Origin: an uncultured Rhodospirillales bacterium
Lineage (GTDB): Bacteria > Pseudomonadota > Alphaproteobacteria > Rhodospirillales > JAPHRK01
Assembly (NCBI GenBank): GCA_965368335.1
Contig: CBDUMN010000004.1
Span: 1,166-65,165, forward strand
Direction of reading: 5' to 3'
Length of the DNA: 64,000 nucleotides
Shown: positions 54,777-64,000 of the stretch, one piece after another
How the letters are laid out: every line of letters begins with the position of its first letter
Position numbering within the stretch: position 1 is the first letter of the stretch
Notes under the pieces: model-generated
Databases searched by the model: none
What the model saw: the letters and a program-made list of their open reading frames with translations, nothing else
What the model was told of the DNA's origin: nothing
Made by a program: the position numbers and the translations under genes

Positions 54777-56237
54777 TTACCGCGCAATCGGCATGCGAAC
54801 AATCACCCGAAGGCCACCTTCAGCACGGTTCTTGAGAACGATCTCACCGCCATGAGCGGTCACCACGGAACGAACTACCGAAAGCCCCAGTCCGGTCCCT
54901 CCCGTTTCCCGGTTGCGTGAGGTTTCGACACGGTAGAAAGGGTCGAAAACCTTGACCAAATGATTCTCCGGAATACCCGGACCATCATCATCCACCGTGA
55001 TCGTCACCCACCCCTCAGCTTCATTAAGCGAAACCCTCGCACGCTTACCGTATTTGACAGCATTGATCATCAGATTTGAAAGCGCGCGTTTCAGGGCGAC
55101 CGGGCGGCCCTGAAACGGCATGCTATCCGGGCCTGTATAGGCGATATCGTCACCGGCTTCGGCCATATCTTCAGTTAGCGCGGTAACCAAAGCAGCCAGA
55201 TCGACACGACGGCTCTCCTCGCTGGCCACGTCTTCCTTGGCGAACGCCAGAGTAGCGGCAATCATCGCCTCCATTTCATCGAGATCTTTCAGCATTTTTT
55301 CACGCTGTTCATCGTCTTCAACAAATTCAGCACGCAGTTTCATGCGAGTAATTGGCGTACGCAGATCGTGAGAGACGGCCGCCAACATTCGCGTCCTATC
55401 TTCAATGAAGGTTCGCAAACGACGCTGCATTTCATTGAAAGCGCGAGCCCCGCGCCGCACTTCACGCGGCCCTTTGGTTTCATCGAGCGGTGGGGCATTA
55501 ACGTCCCGTCCCAATCGCTCAGCGGCTTCGGTAAAAATGCGGATCGGCTTACCAACACGCCCAACAATCAAAACCGTGACGACCAGCACTAACAGCATGG
55601 AAAATAAAAAGCCAACAGGCAGGCGGGGGTTCCACCCCATAGATCGCGGATCGAACGGCGTCGCCACATTGACCCATTGGCCGGGCGCTAGCTCCGCCGA
55701 AACGACGAGAAAATGGGTTGGCGCCTCCCACCCGGAATACCGAGGGCCTAAGCCATCTCTAGGGCGGTCGTCGGGATGCATATGATGCATCCCGCCACGC
55801 CGCCAGCCGGGCCGACGGGCGAAACGAGGAACTTCATCCACATCGAACAGTCCAAAATAAACCTCGGCAATCCCAAGGTTGCTCATCTCCGCTTCCAATA
55901 CTTTGCGAAAATTGGAAACCACGCCAAAAGGCGGTGTAAATCCGTCTTTCATCGGAATTTCAGCCAACCAGACACGACGGAAACGTCCTTGCAAGGTTGG
56001 AGCGATTTCCGCTCTTGCCGCTGGATCCGCCCCAGCCAAAACACCGACAGGAAAAGCCATCCGTTCAATCACCCGGGCGATAATCGCCTGCGTCTCCGCG
56101 TCATGGCGATCTTTCATATGCCAAGCGAAAACAATAAGGTTGGACAGCACGACTGCGACAATTAGAACAAGGATCGTTCTGGCGATCATGCTTTGCGGCA
56201 TCCAGCGTCCACAACGCTCTTTCCAGCTTCTAGCCAT
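54777..56237 (-). CDS. EnvZ-type sensor histidine kinase (2 TM, periplasmic domain, HAMP)
   Basis: H-box AAVSHDLRTPIT, N-box NLMINAVKYG, and G-boxes DDGPGI and GGTGLGLS. The periplasmic loop contains a His-rich patch GGMHHMHPDD. Confidence 0.9.
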   Translation of the reverse strand: MARSWKERCGRWMPQSMIARTILVLIVAVVLSNLIVFAWHMKDRHDAETQAIIARVIERMAFPVGVLAGADPAARAEIAPTLQGRFRRVWLAEIPMKDGFTPPFGVVSNFRKVLEAEMSNLGIAEVYFGLFDVDEVPRFARRPGWRRGGMHHMHPDDRPRDGLGPRYSGWEAPTHFLVVSAELAPGQWVNVATPFDPRSMGWNPRLPVGFLFSMLLVLVVTVLIVGRVGKPIRIFTEAAERLGRDVNAPPLDETKGPREVRRGARAFNEMQRRLRTFIEDRTRMLAAVSHDLRTPITRMKLRAEFVEDDEQREKMLKDLDEMEAMIAATLAFAKEDVASEESRRVDLAALVTALTEDMAEAGDDIAYTGPDSMPFQGRPVALKRALSNLMINAVKYGKRARVSLNEAEGWVTITVDDDGPGIPENHLVKVFDPFYRVETSRNRETGGTGLGLSVVRSVVTAHGGEIVLKNRAEGGLRVIVRMPIAR

Positions 56238-56976
56238 GGTGGACGCCTGCTTTTTCGACCTTGACCGTCAGCATATAACCGCCACCTCGGACGGTTTTGA
56301 TCAGTTGCGGTTCTTTAGGATCGACTTCAATTTTCTTACGTAACCGACTAACCTGAACATCGATGCTGCGGTCGAACGGCACAGCATCACGACCACGCGC
56401 AAGATCAAGCAATTGATCACGGCTCAAGACCCGCTGGGGATGTTCGAGAAAAGCCAATAGAAGGTCGAATTCACCGGTGCTCATGGGCATCATCATGCCG
56501 CTCTCTCCGGTCAACTCACGCCTGCTCGCATCCAGGCTCCATCCGGCGAATTGGTAAAGCTCCGTCGCCGACTTGACTTCCCGTAGCGCCGGAACGGCCC
56601 CACTCCGCCGAAGCACTGCCTTGATACGAGCCAGTAGTTCACGCGGATTGAACGGTTTGGCCAAATAATCATCCGCACCCATCTCCAAACCGACAATCCG
56701 GTCCGTTTCTTCACCCATTGCGGTGAGCATGATAACCGGCAGTTGGGAGTCGGCGCGCAAATTGCGACAAAGGGTCAAGCCGTCCTCCCCCGGCATCATC
56801 AGATCGAGCACCACAAGATCGATCCGCGAGTCTTCGAGCACCTTCTTCATTTCCCGCCCTTCGGCCGCCGTTGTCACACGGTAGCCGTGCTTAACCAGGA
56901 ACTTATCGAGAAGGTCCCGAATTTCACGATCATCATCAACAATGAGTATATGCGCATTCTTTTCCATACCCGCCAC
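56230..56976 (-). CDS. OmpR/PhoB-family response regulator
   Basis: Receiver (ILIVDDD ... VVLDLMMPG ... MLTA ... YLAKPF) plus a winged-helix output (RLRKKIE ... IKTVRGGGY). ATG 56967 is the likelier start. Overlaps the kinase start by 8 nt. Confidence 0.9.
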   Translation of the reverse strand: MAGMEKNAHILIVDDDREIRDLLDKFLVKHGYRVTTAAEGREMKKVLEDSRIDLVVLDLMMPGEDGLTLCRNLRADSQLPVIMLTAMGEETDRIVGLEMGADDYLAKPFNPRELLARIKAVLRRSGAVPALREVKSATELYQFAGWSLDASRRELTGESGMMMPMSTGEFDLLLAFLEHPQRVLSRDQLLDLARGRDAVPFDRSIDVQVSRLRKKIEVDPKEPQLIKTVRGGGYMLTVKVEKAGVHHG

Positions 56977-57145
56977 TATACCCCTGAACGTTTTGATTTT
57001 GGGGAGATTTTGGTAACGCCTCGTAACGCTCCCGGCAATTGAAACAAACAGTTACAAAAAACCCCATAAACCGACACATCCAGGTTACCGGCAAGCGCGA
57101 CAATACCCTCACGACAAGCAGACAACTCAAACCCAGGAGGGAGTC

Positions 57146-57616
57146 ATGAGAACCACCAAAACCCTTTATACATCGCTTGCAGCCGCTGCTATTGCGGCGG
57201 TCATCGCGATCCCGGCGTTTGCACAGAACGCCACCTCTACCGACACGGACAACACTTGGACCTGCCCGCGTTATGAAGAAATGCAGAAACGTGGCTACGG
57301 TCCCGGTTACGGCATGGGCTACGGTATGCGCGGCAACGGCCCTCGGTTCGGCCATCATCGCGGCTATGGACAAGGCTTCGGTATGGGCCTCATGGGCGGC
57401 GGCCAATGGAATACCGACAAAGATCTTTCCGTTGAACAGGTGAAAGACATCCTGGAAGGCAAGATCGCCATGCACGGCAACGACAACCTCAAGGTCGGCA
57501 AGGTCGAAGCCAAAGACGACAACACGGCAATCGCCGAAATCGTCACCAAAGACGGCTCCTTGGTTCAGACCTTAGAAGTCGATAGAAACACGGGTAGGAT
57601 GCGTCCCACTAAGTAG
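57146..57616 (+). CDS. periplasmic Gly/Met/His-rich protein with PepSY-like C-terminal half
   Basis: Signal peptide ending AFAQ. Low-complexity GYGPGYGMGYGMRGNGPRFGHHRGYGQGFGMGLMGGG, followed by a ~70-aa beta-rich domain. AGGAGGGAG Shine-Dalgarno. Confidence 0.7.
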   Translation: MRTTKTLYTSLAAAAIAAVIAIPAFAQNATSTDTDNTWTCPRYEEMQKRGYGPGYGMGYGMRGNGPRFGHHRGYGQGFGMGLMGGGQWNTDKDLSVEQVKDILEGKIAMHGNDNLKVGKVEAKDDNTAIAEIVTKDGSLVQTLEVDRNTGRMRPTK

Positions 57617-57666
57617 CGTCGCAGCTCAAGGCCAGTAGGGCCTAGCGCTTCCTCCCAATACGAGCG

Positions 57667-57697
57667 GCCGGTCGCCCTCCCGAGGCGACCGGCTTCT
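57667..57697 (+). terminator. strong hairpin (terminator or attenuator) between 57146 gene and SHOCT gene
   Basis: GCCGGTCGCC-7 nt-GGCGACCGGC followed by a weak TTCT tract. Confidence 0.45.
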
Positions 57698-57726
57698 CGC
57701 CCCCCCAAAAAAATAGGAGAAAACGA

Positions 57727-57999
57727 ATGTGGTACGACTACGGCTACGGTTGGGGCGGTCACCCCCACTTGTTTCATGGTCCCCTTTCCATTTTTCTCAT
57801 CCTACTATTCATTGCCCTGATCATTTTCGCGTTTCGTTTTTTTATGCGCGGTCGCAATCGCGACCACTGCCATAGCGAGCAAAGAAAATCAGACTCTCTG
57901 ACGTTGCTAGAAACTCGCTATGTCCAGGGTGAAATTGATCGGGATGAATTTTTGAAAAAGAAATCCGACCTCTTGGATACCCCGCCCCCTTCGACTTAA
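57727..57999 (+). CDS. SHOCT-domain membrane protein (DUF2078-like)
   Basis: 90 aa with N-terminal GYGWGGHPH, one TM helix, and C-terminal LLETRYVQGEIDRDEFLKKKSDL (SHOCT motif). AGGAGA Shine-Dalgarno. Confidence 0.8.
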   Translation: MWYDYGYGWGGHPHLFHGPLSIFLILLFIALIIFAFRFFMRGRNRDHCHSEQRKSDSLTLLETRYVQGEIDRDEFLKKKSDLLDTPPPST

Positions 58000-58118
58000 C
58001 TGGACTGGTCGCTATGGGGCGCCAATCTTTCAACCTTTATGGCATCCCCAAAATCCCCCTTGATTTAAATTGTTAGATTTCTAATATTAGATCAAACTAA
58101 TTATCAAGGTGGGGTTCC

Positions 58119-58553
58119 ATGCGCTTTACTAAAATCATCCTGGCCGCGGCAATGACGGCGGCCATTTCCATTCCGGCTCAAGCAAAAAGTCTCAGCGACT
58201 TGGTCGTTCCGTCTATGGATGCCGAGAACGGCAAAGCGCTTTTCGTCGAAAAGGGCTGCGTCGCATGCCATTCGGTCAACGGGATCGGCGGTGAAATCGG
58301 CCCACGGCTCGACAGTCGTTTTACCCTGCGCAACGCCACCAACCTTTTCGATTTCGGCGCACGCATGTGGACCCATGCGGAATCGATGATCGAAGTGCAA
58401 AAAGCGACCATCGGCGGGCAGATTGACCTAACCGGTCAGGAATTAGCCAATATCACCGCCTTCGCTTATGACGAAAAGGCTCAAAAGACCTTCTCGAAAA
58501 GCGACATTTCCGATGAAGTCCAACGGCTAATCAACATAGCCAACGGCTACTGA
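58119..58553 (+). CDS. periplasmic monoheme c-type cytochrome
   Basis: Signal peptide and a single CVACH heme-binding motif. 144 aa. Confidence 0.85.
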   Translation: MRFTKIILAAAMTAAISIPAQAKSLSDLVVPSMDAENGKALFVEKGCVACHSVNGIGGEIGPRLDSRFTLRNATNLFDFGARMWTHAESMIEVQKATIGGQIDLTGQELANITAFAYDEKAQKTFSKSDISDEVQRLINIANGY

Positions 58554-58580
58554 CTCCAATCTACTACACAATTATTCCGA

Positions 58581-58624
58581 CGGAGCGCAACTTACCGTAG
58601 TGGGCTGCGCTCCGTTTGTTTTCT
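58581..58624 (+). terminator. rho-independent terminator after the cytochrome c gene
   Basis: CGGAGCGCA-16 nt-TGCGCTCCG followed by TTTGTTTTCTT. Confidence 0.65.
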
Positions 58625-58750
58625 TGCCTCTTGTTTCTTTTGAAACAATCGTCGATCTGGAATTGCCTTACTCAATCAAAGATTTATAATCCGTCCTGAA
58701 AAAGAACATATAAAAACTTTAATAGACGACAACAGGACGCTCCCCTCACC

Positions 58751-60610
58751 ATGCCGAAGGATAATACGGCCAGACAAACAACGGCTATTGCCCACTTAGT
58801 TGCAACCCTGCTTGCCATATGTGCCGTTGAATTTCTCACCATGATGACCCTGCCTTCCCTGGGGTTTGAAAATAGATGGGCCGAGGCTTTCTTCAACGTC
58901 GCAATCCTGATGATTGTCGTCTTAGGGGTAAATTTTTTCCTTCTCTACCGTCCTCTACAAAAGTCGCTGGCGCGAAGCAACGCACTGGAAGAACAGTACC
59001 GCGACCTCGCCGAAGTGGGCTCCGACTGGTTTTGGGAGATGGACCAGAATTTCACTTTTACCTTCATCTCTTCCAATTACGAGCTGGCGACTGGCGGCAA
59101 AGCCGAAGATCTTGTCGGACAAAAAAGAACCGATGTCGGTATAATGCAGGGGAACGAAATAGGCTGGAGAAAACATCTCGCCGATCTTGAAAATCACCGG
59201 CCGTTCAAAAATTTCGAATATCAGATTACCGACAGCGCCGGACAACTTATCTGGTTCAGAACCAGCGGTCGTCCCTTTTTCGATAAAGACGGTTCTTTCT
59301 TCGGCTATCGGGGCACCGGCACGGAATGCACCGCTGAACACAATGCACGAGATGCGGAAAAACGCACCAGGGCGATGTTGTCGGGCATTATGGACCGCTC
59401 ACTCATCGCCTATCTGGTATTGGAAGCCGTGCGCAACCAAAATGGCGCTATCGCAGACTTCAGAGCCCAATACCTGAACCGAAAGGCAGAAAGGTATTTT
59501 CGCGCCCCCAAGGATCGCTTCCTCGGAAAACTGGTTAAAATGCAGCTCCCTGACGTCATCGATGAAGAGTTGTTTCAAATGGCTGTCAGAGCGGTCAAAC
59601 GGAATGAACCTTTCGATATAGAGAAAGAGTTCACCTTCCACCGCAAACGCCACTGGTTCAGAGTGCTCGGCGTGAAGCTGAACGATGGGGTGGTGGTCAG
59701 CTTCACCGATATCACCCGACGTAAAAAAGCCGAACATGAGCAGAATCTAGCCTCTGCCGTATTCGAAACCTCTACCGAAGCGATGATGATCACCGATACG
59801 GAAAATAAAATCGTTTCGGTCAATCCAGCCTTCTGCCGCCTTACCGGATACAACAGAACCGAGGTTATCGGCCGAGACCCCAAGTTTCTCGGATCGGGTC
59901 GTCATAACCGGGCATTCTTCGAGCGCATGTGGGAAAGCCTCCATACCAATGACCAATGGACGGGAGAGTTATGGAACCGGCGCAAGGACGGCGGCATCAT
60001 GGTTTCACGCGCCGCTATTTCGGTCATCCGCGACAAACAGACGGGGAAAATTTCCAACTACGTGGAAGTCTTTGGAGATATCACCTCGCAAAAAAGAGAA
60101 TCCGAAGCAATCCGACACTTGGCGAACCACGATGCGCTAACCGGCTTGCCCAACCGCATCCTTCTGGAAGACCGTGTAAAAACAGCGATCGAAAAATCGA
60201 CCCGCAACAAAAGCCGTCTGGCCATCTTCTATCTCGACCTTGATCGTTTCAAACCGATCAACGACACGCACGGGCATTTAGTCGGTGACCAAGTTTTACA
60301 AAATGTTGCCGAGCGGATGCAGGTTTGTGTCCGCTCCAGCGACACGGTGGCACGCATCGGGGGCGACGAGTTCATTCTTCTCTGTCTCGATGGCGGTAGC
60401 AACGGAGCCTTGAAGGCGCTGGGCGAAAAAATCCGCGAGGCTCTCCTCAAGCCTTTCCATGTGGGCAATCTTGAGCTGCAACTCGACGCCAGCATCGGCA
60501 TCGCCATCTACCCCGAGAACGGACAAACCTTTATCGATCTCGTTTCCCTGGCCGACGACGCCATGTATCAAGCCAAACGAGGCGCTACAAAGGTCATCAT
60601 CGCCGAATAA
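58751..60610 (+). CDS. membrane-anchored PAS-PAS-PAS-GGDEF diguanylate cyclase
   Basis: Two N-terminal TM helices and three PAS-like segments. GGDEF domain with an intact RIGGDEF active site and upstream I-site-like RSSD. Confidence 0.9.
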   Translation: MPKDNTARQTTAIAHLVATLLAICAVEFLTMMTLPSLGFENRWAEAFFNVAILMIVVLGVNFFLLYRPLQKSLARSNALEEQYRDLAEVGSDWFWEMDQNFTFTFISSNYELATGGKAEDLVGQKRTDVGIMQGNEIGWRKHLADLENHRPFKNFEYQITDSAGQLIWFRTSGRPFFDKDGSFFGYRGTGTECTAEHNARDAEKRTRAMLSGIMDRSLIAYLVLEAVRNQNGAIADFRAQYLNRKAERYFRAPKDRFLGKLVKMQLPDVIDEELFQMAVRAVKRNEPFDIEKEFTFHRKRHWFRVLGVKLNDGVVVSFTDITRRKKAEHEQNLASAVFETSTEAMMITDTENKIVSVNPAFCRLTGYNRTEVIGRDPKFLGSGRHNRAFFERMWESLHTNDQWTGELWNRRKDGGIMVSRAAISVIRDKQTGKISNYVEVFGDITSQKRESEAIRHLANHDALTGLPNRILLEDRVKTAIEKSTRNKSRLAIFYLDLDRFKPINDTHGHLVGDQVLQNVAERMQVCVRSSDTVARIGGDEFILLCLDGGSNGALKALGEKIREALLKPFHVGNLELQLDASIGIAIYPENGQTFIDLVSLADDAMYQAKRGATKVIIAE

Positions 60611-60623
60611 GCGCAAACCCCGG

Positions 60624-61460
60624 CTAATGAGCCATTAAAACCGGAGCCGTCATATGTTTGAGGATATGATGGGTCACTCCTCCCAAGACCAACTCCCGTA
60701 GACGCCGGTGACCATAAGCCCCCATCACCAACATAGAAGCGCCATCGTCGGCAGCCCTTGAGAGCAGCATATCGCCTGCATCCATATCGTCTGCGACGAC
60801 ATGGTGGGCCTCTGCGTTGATGCCATGGCGAGCCAGATGAAGGCAGATATCCGCTCCTGGGAATGCATGGTGCCCCTTCGCTGCATCCTGAGGATTAATC
60901 GACAGGACATCGACCGCCTTAGCCCGCTCCATGAGCGGCAAAGCATCGTTCAGAGCTCGGCAGGCTAAGCGGCTACCGTCCCAGGCGACCATGACCCGGC
61001 GCGTAATATCCGTGAACCGTCCGGCGTAAGGCACCATCAGAACCGGGCGTCCGCAGGACAACACCAGGCGGTCCGGGAGGTCGTCAAGCCCTTCATTGGC
61101 GTCATCATGCGGATCGTATTGCCCAAGCACCAACAAATCCGAATAGCGGGCATTGAGTCTGAGAACCTCGAAAGCCTCTCCCTCAACGGCGCGCCATTCC
61201 CCCCGGACCCCGGCCTTGCGCACTATTTCATTGAAATCCGCCTTGGCTTTTTCGCGAAGCCCCGTCAACTGGCGTGCCTGTTCCTCCAGAACCCCCTGGC
61301 CGATCTGGGCCTGAATAAAGGCCGGAATAACCGGTCTTTGATAGGCGTAGACACCGGTCACATGGGCATCGCATTCATTGGCCAGCGCCATGACCGTTTC
61401 CAGGCGCGTCGCGCAATTCTTGGTATTATCCACATGAACGAGAATGTCTTTAAGCGCCAT
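60624..61460 (-). CDS. tandem universal stress protein (2x UspA domain)
   Basis: 278 aa. KDILVHVD start and a C-terminal GAYGHRRLRELVLGGVT ATP-binding-type motif. Confidence 0.85.
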   Translation of the reverse strand: MALKDILVHVDNTKNCATRLETVMALANECDAHVTGVYAYQRPVIPAFIQAQIGQGVLEEQARQLTGLREKAKADFNEIVRKAGVRGEWRAVEGEAFEVLRLNARYSDLLVLGQYDPHDDANEGLDDLPDRLVLSCGRPVLMVPYAGRFTDITRRVMVAWDGSRLACRALNDALPLMERAKAVDVLSINPQDAAKGHHAFPGADICLHLARHGINAEAHHVVADDMDAGDMLLSRAADDGASMLVMGAYGHRRLRELVLGGVTHHILKHMTAPVLMAH

Positions 61461-61655
61461 TGCCGCCTCCTGTCGCTGGTTGATGCCGCCTGACCGGCAA
61501 TGCCTTCATGGTGGGGTTTCGCCGTCCAATTGGCAAGTCATTGTGCCACACATTAGTTTCAAGGCTGATCTGCAAAATAATTATGGCGCTCCATCGGCTC
61601 CGTTGCGTTGGACTTGCTCTAAAAAGCGACCTATGATCCCGGCAACCAACAGAGC

Positions 61656-63059
61656 ATGACAGCGACAGGGAGAACCGGCATCGTGTCAGACCGTGCAAAT
61701 TCAACGGCCAGCCGAGACGTAGCTTACGTCCTTCACCCCTATACCAACCTCAAAGCCCACAAGGAGAACGGCCCCTCTCTCGTGGTCAACCGGGGCGAAG
61801 GGATTTACGTCTACGACGAGAATGGCAAGCAGTACCTGGAAGGCATGGCCGGACTCTGGTGTACGGCGCTGGGTTTCGGCGAAGACCGGTTGATCAAGGC
61901 CGCCAGCGACGCCATGAAACGGCTCTCGTTCTACCATGGCTTCAATGGCCGGGTACCCGACGTTTCTGTCGATCTGGCCGAAAAGCTGATCGAAAAATCT
62001 CCCGTTCCTATGTCCAAGGTATTTTTCGCCAATTCAGGCAGCGAGGCCAACGATACGGCCATCAAGCTGATCAAATACTACAACAACGCCAAGGGCCGCC
62101 GGGTGAAGAAGAAGATCATCGCACGGGATAAAGCCTACCATGGCGTTACGGTGGCCTCGGGCAGCCTAACCGGACTGCCTATGGTGCATAACGACTTCGA
62201 CCTTCCCTTGTCTGGCATTCTGCATACCGATTGCCCCTACTATTACCGAGGCGCACAGGCAGGCGAGTCTGAAGAGGACTACGCAACCCGCCTCGCCGCC
62301 AACCTCGAAGAAATGATCCTTGAAGAAGGTCCGGGCACGGTTGCCGCCTTTTTCGCCGAACCGGTGATGGGTGCAGGCGGCGTTATCACTCCACCAGCCA
62401 CCTATTTCGAGAAAATCCAGGCAGTGTTGAAGAAGTACGACATCCTGTTGGTTGCCGATGAAGTGATTTGCGGGTTTGGACGAACCGGCAACTGGTGGGG
62501 CAGTCAGACCTATGGCTTAACGCCCGACATCATCACCTCGGCCAAGGCCTTGTCGTCGGCCTACGTTCCCATATCCGCCGTACTGGTCAGCGAAGAAATC
62601 TTTTCGGCTTGCATCGATGAGAGCGAAAAACTCGGTGTTTTCGGTCATGGCTATACCTATTCGGGCCATCCGGTCGCCGCAGCAACGGCCCTTGAAGCCA
62701 TCCGCATCTATGAAGAGGACGATATTATCGGCCACGTTCAAACGGTAAGCCCTGCATTCCAAGACGGTTTGCGCGCCTTTGCCGATCATCCGCTGGTCGG
62801 CGAGGTCAGGGGCGTCGGTTTGGTAGCGGGCGTCGAAGTGGTTTCGGATAAAGAAACCAAAGCCCCCTTCTCTTCCGACTTGGCCGTAGGGGCTAAAATT
62901 GTCGCCTTTGCCCAGGAAAATGGGCTGATCGTCCGGGCTTTGGGTGACACCATCGCATTTTCGCCACCTTTGGTCATTACGGATAGCCAAATTGCGGAAA
63001 TGCTGGAGAAATTCGGCGCTGCGCTTGATCAGACTCAACGATGGCTTGAGGGGCTTTAA
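61656..63059 (+). CDS. class III (omega) aminotransferase, PLP-dependent
   Basis: 467 aa with FANSGSEAND and ADEVICGFGRTG; the catalytic Lys lies in the SAKALSS region. Confidence 0.9.
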   Translation: MTATGRTGIVSDRANSTASRDVAYVLHPYTNLKAHKENGPSLVVNRGEGIYVYDENGKQYLEGMAGLWCTALGFGEDRLIKAASDAMKRLSFYHGFNGRVPDVSVDLAEKLIEKSPVPMSKVFFANSGSEANDTAIKLIKYYNNAKGRRVKKKIIARDKAYHGVTVASGSLTGLPMVHNDFDLPLSGILHTDCPYYYRGAQAGESEEDYATRLAANLEEMILEEGPGTVAAFFAEPVMGAGGVITPPATYFEKIQAVLKKYDILLVADEVICGFGRTGNWWGSQTYGLTPDIITSAKALSSAYVPISAVLVSEEIFSACIDESEKLGVFGHGYTYSGHPVAAATALEAIRIYEEDDIIGHVQTVSPAFQDGLRAFADHPLVGEVRGVGLVAGVEVVSDKETKAPFSSDLAVGAKIVAFAQENGLIVRALGDTIAFSPPLVITDSQIAEMLEKFGAALDQTQRWLEGL

Positions 63060-63185
63060 GCTAAAAAAAAGCAGAAAAAGTCTGTCGCTTGCCGGTGGGG
63101 GCAATAGCATACTACAATGCGGGTTTGTTCTTGCGGCCCCGCACGCCGTTTAAGAATCAGTGACCCTGGGACAAAGAGACGTACG

Positions 63186-64000
63186 ATGGATTACGAAAAG
63201 TTTTTCGCCGATAAGATTGCGGAACTCAAAGAGGAGGGGAACTACCGTGTCTTCATCGATCAGGTGAGACACCGGGGAGAGTTTCCTCGAGCAACCCGCC
63301 ACCACGACGATGGCTCGACCAGCGAGATCGTCTACTGGTGCTCCAACGACTACCTGGGCATGGGCCAGCATGACGAGGTGGTCGATGCCATGAAAACCGC
63401 CATTGACGAATGCGGCGCCGGATCAGGTGGGACGCGAAACATTTCCGGCACCAACCACTACCACGTTCTCCTCGAGCAAGAGCTGGCAGACTGGCATGGC
63501 AAAGAATCTGCGCTACTGTTTTCGGCCGGTTACACGGCTAACCTCTCTGCCCTATCGACACTGGGCATGATGCTGCCCGGATGCGTCATGTTTTCCGACG
63601 AATTGAACCACAACTCGATGATCGCCGGGGTCAAGTACGGCAAATCCGACAAACAAATCTGGCGGCACAACGACCCCAACCATCTGGAAGACCTGCTCAA
63701 GAAAGCCCCCATCGATTCACCCAAGATCGTCGCATTTGAATCGGTCTATTCCATGGACGGCGATATTGCCCCGATCAAAGACATTGTTGATGTCTCCCAG
63801 AAGTATGGGGCATTTACCTACATCGACGAAGTCCATGCCGTTGGCATGTATGGCGAAACCGGCGCAGGCGTCGCAGAGCGCGATAGCCAGATGGAGCGCA
63901 TCGATTGCATCCAGGGAACGCTCGCCAAAGCCGTTGGCGTAGTCGGTGGCTATATTGCCGGCTCCGAAGCACTTTGCGATTTCGCCCGCTCCTACGGCCA
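63186..64000 (+). CDS. hemA: 5-aminolevulinate synthase, N-terminal ~271 codons; continues past the window end
   Basis: Not in the track (no stop). My translation reads [26 protein letters not shown]...[12 protein letters not shown]...GTRNISGT...ESVYSMDGD...[10 protein letters not shown]...GTLAKAVG. These are oxoamine-synthase motifs with the ALAS-specific N-terminus. Confidence 0.9.
   Translation, partial: MDYEKFFADKIAELKEEGNYRVFIDQVRHRGEFPRATRHHDDGSTSEIVYWCSNDYLGMGQHDEVVDAMKTAIDECGAGSGGTRNISGTNHYHVLLEQELADWHGKESALLFSAGYTANLSALSTLGMMLPGCVMFSDELNHNSMIAGVKYGKSDKQIWRHNDPNHLEDLLKKAPIDSPKIVAFESVYSMDGDIAPIKDIVDVSQKYGAFTYIDEVHAVGMYGETGAGVAERDSQMERIDCIQGTLAKAVGVVGGYIAGSEALCDFARSYG

Noticed and set aside
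56936-57475. 179-aa minus-strand ORF spanning the divergent promoter
   Set aside because: It would run through the regulator start, the intergenic operator region and the antisense of the 57146 gene. That gene has a signal peptide and a strong RBS.
58072-58091. CTAATATTAG palindrome with flanking TTAGAT direct repeats upstream of the cytochrome c gene, as a regulator site
   Set aside because: It is short and AT-only, and sits where a -10/-35 promoter would be expected. There is not enough evidence to distinguish an operator from ordinary promoter sequence.

Overview
Dense 64-kb chromosomal segment with about 60 protein genes on both strands. I saw no rRNA, tRNA, CRISPR array, transposase or integrase. 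The gene content looks alphaproteobacterial: 5-aminolevulinate synthase hemA, three-gene pntAA/pntAB/pntB, a COQ9-like gene divergent from rpsU, an ELM1-family gene and a short CheZ. I cannot name the organism. Main blocks, in order: aprM-aprB-aprA (membrane-anchored dissimilatory APS reductase, aprA runs off the left edge); trkH; a soluble histidine kinase plus two receiver proteins; COQ9-def / rpsU; an AT-rich orphan gene carrying a near-perfect 72-bp tandem repeat; pnt transhydrogenase; assorted metabolism (crotonases, PepF, FAD oxidase, fused indolepyruvate:ferredoxin oxidoreductase, SDR, hemerythrin, pyruvate kinase); cheZ; two cyclophilins flanking a phosphodiesterase; hemN; ArsR and ELM1; dctBD; a BacNav-type voltage-gated sodium channel; dctPQM behind a sigma-54 promoter with palindromic UAS sites; a cobalamin-riboswitch-controlled nrdD-nrdG operon; acyl-CoA ligase and crotonase; hspQ, pyrE; a membrane-anchored rhodanese; a 424-aa pentapeptide-repeat protein; an OmpR/EnvZ-type pair divergent from a Gly/Met/His-rich periplasmic protein, a SHOCT membrane protein and a cytochrome c; a PAS-GGDEF protein; a tandem USP; a class III aminotransferase; and hemA (runs off the right edge). 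The most unusual observation is in the class III ribonucleotide reductase. Its glycyl-radical motif is not in the large nrdD ORF. It sits in a separate in-frame 56-codon ORF, below the ORF-track size cut-off, that has its own Shine-Dalgarno. The second is the orphan repeat protein at 10405-11379. Several convergent gene pairs overlap by exactly 4 nt at their stop codons. All calls rest on motif recognition by eye; no database search was run.
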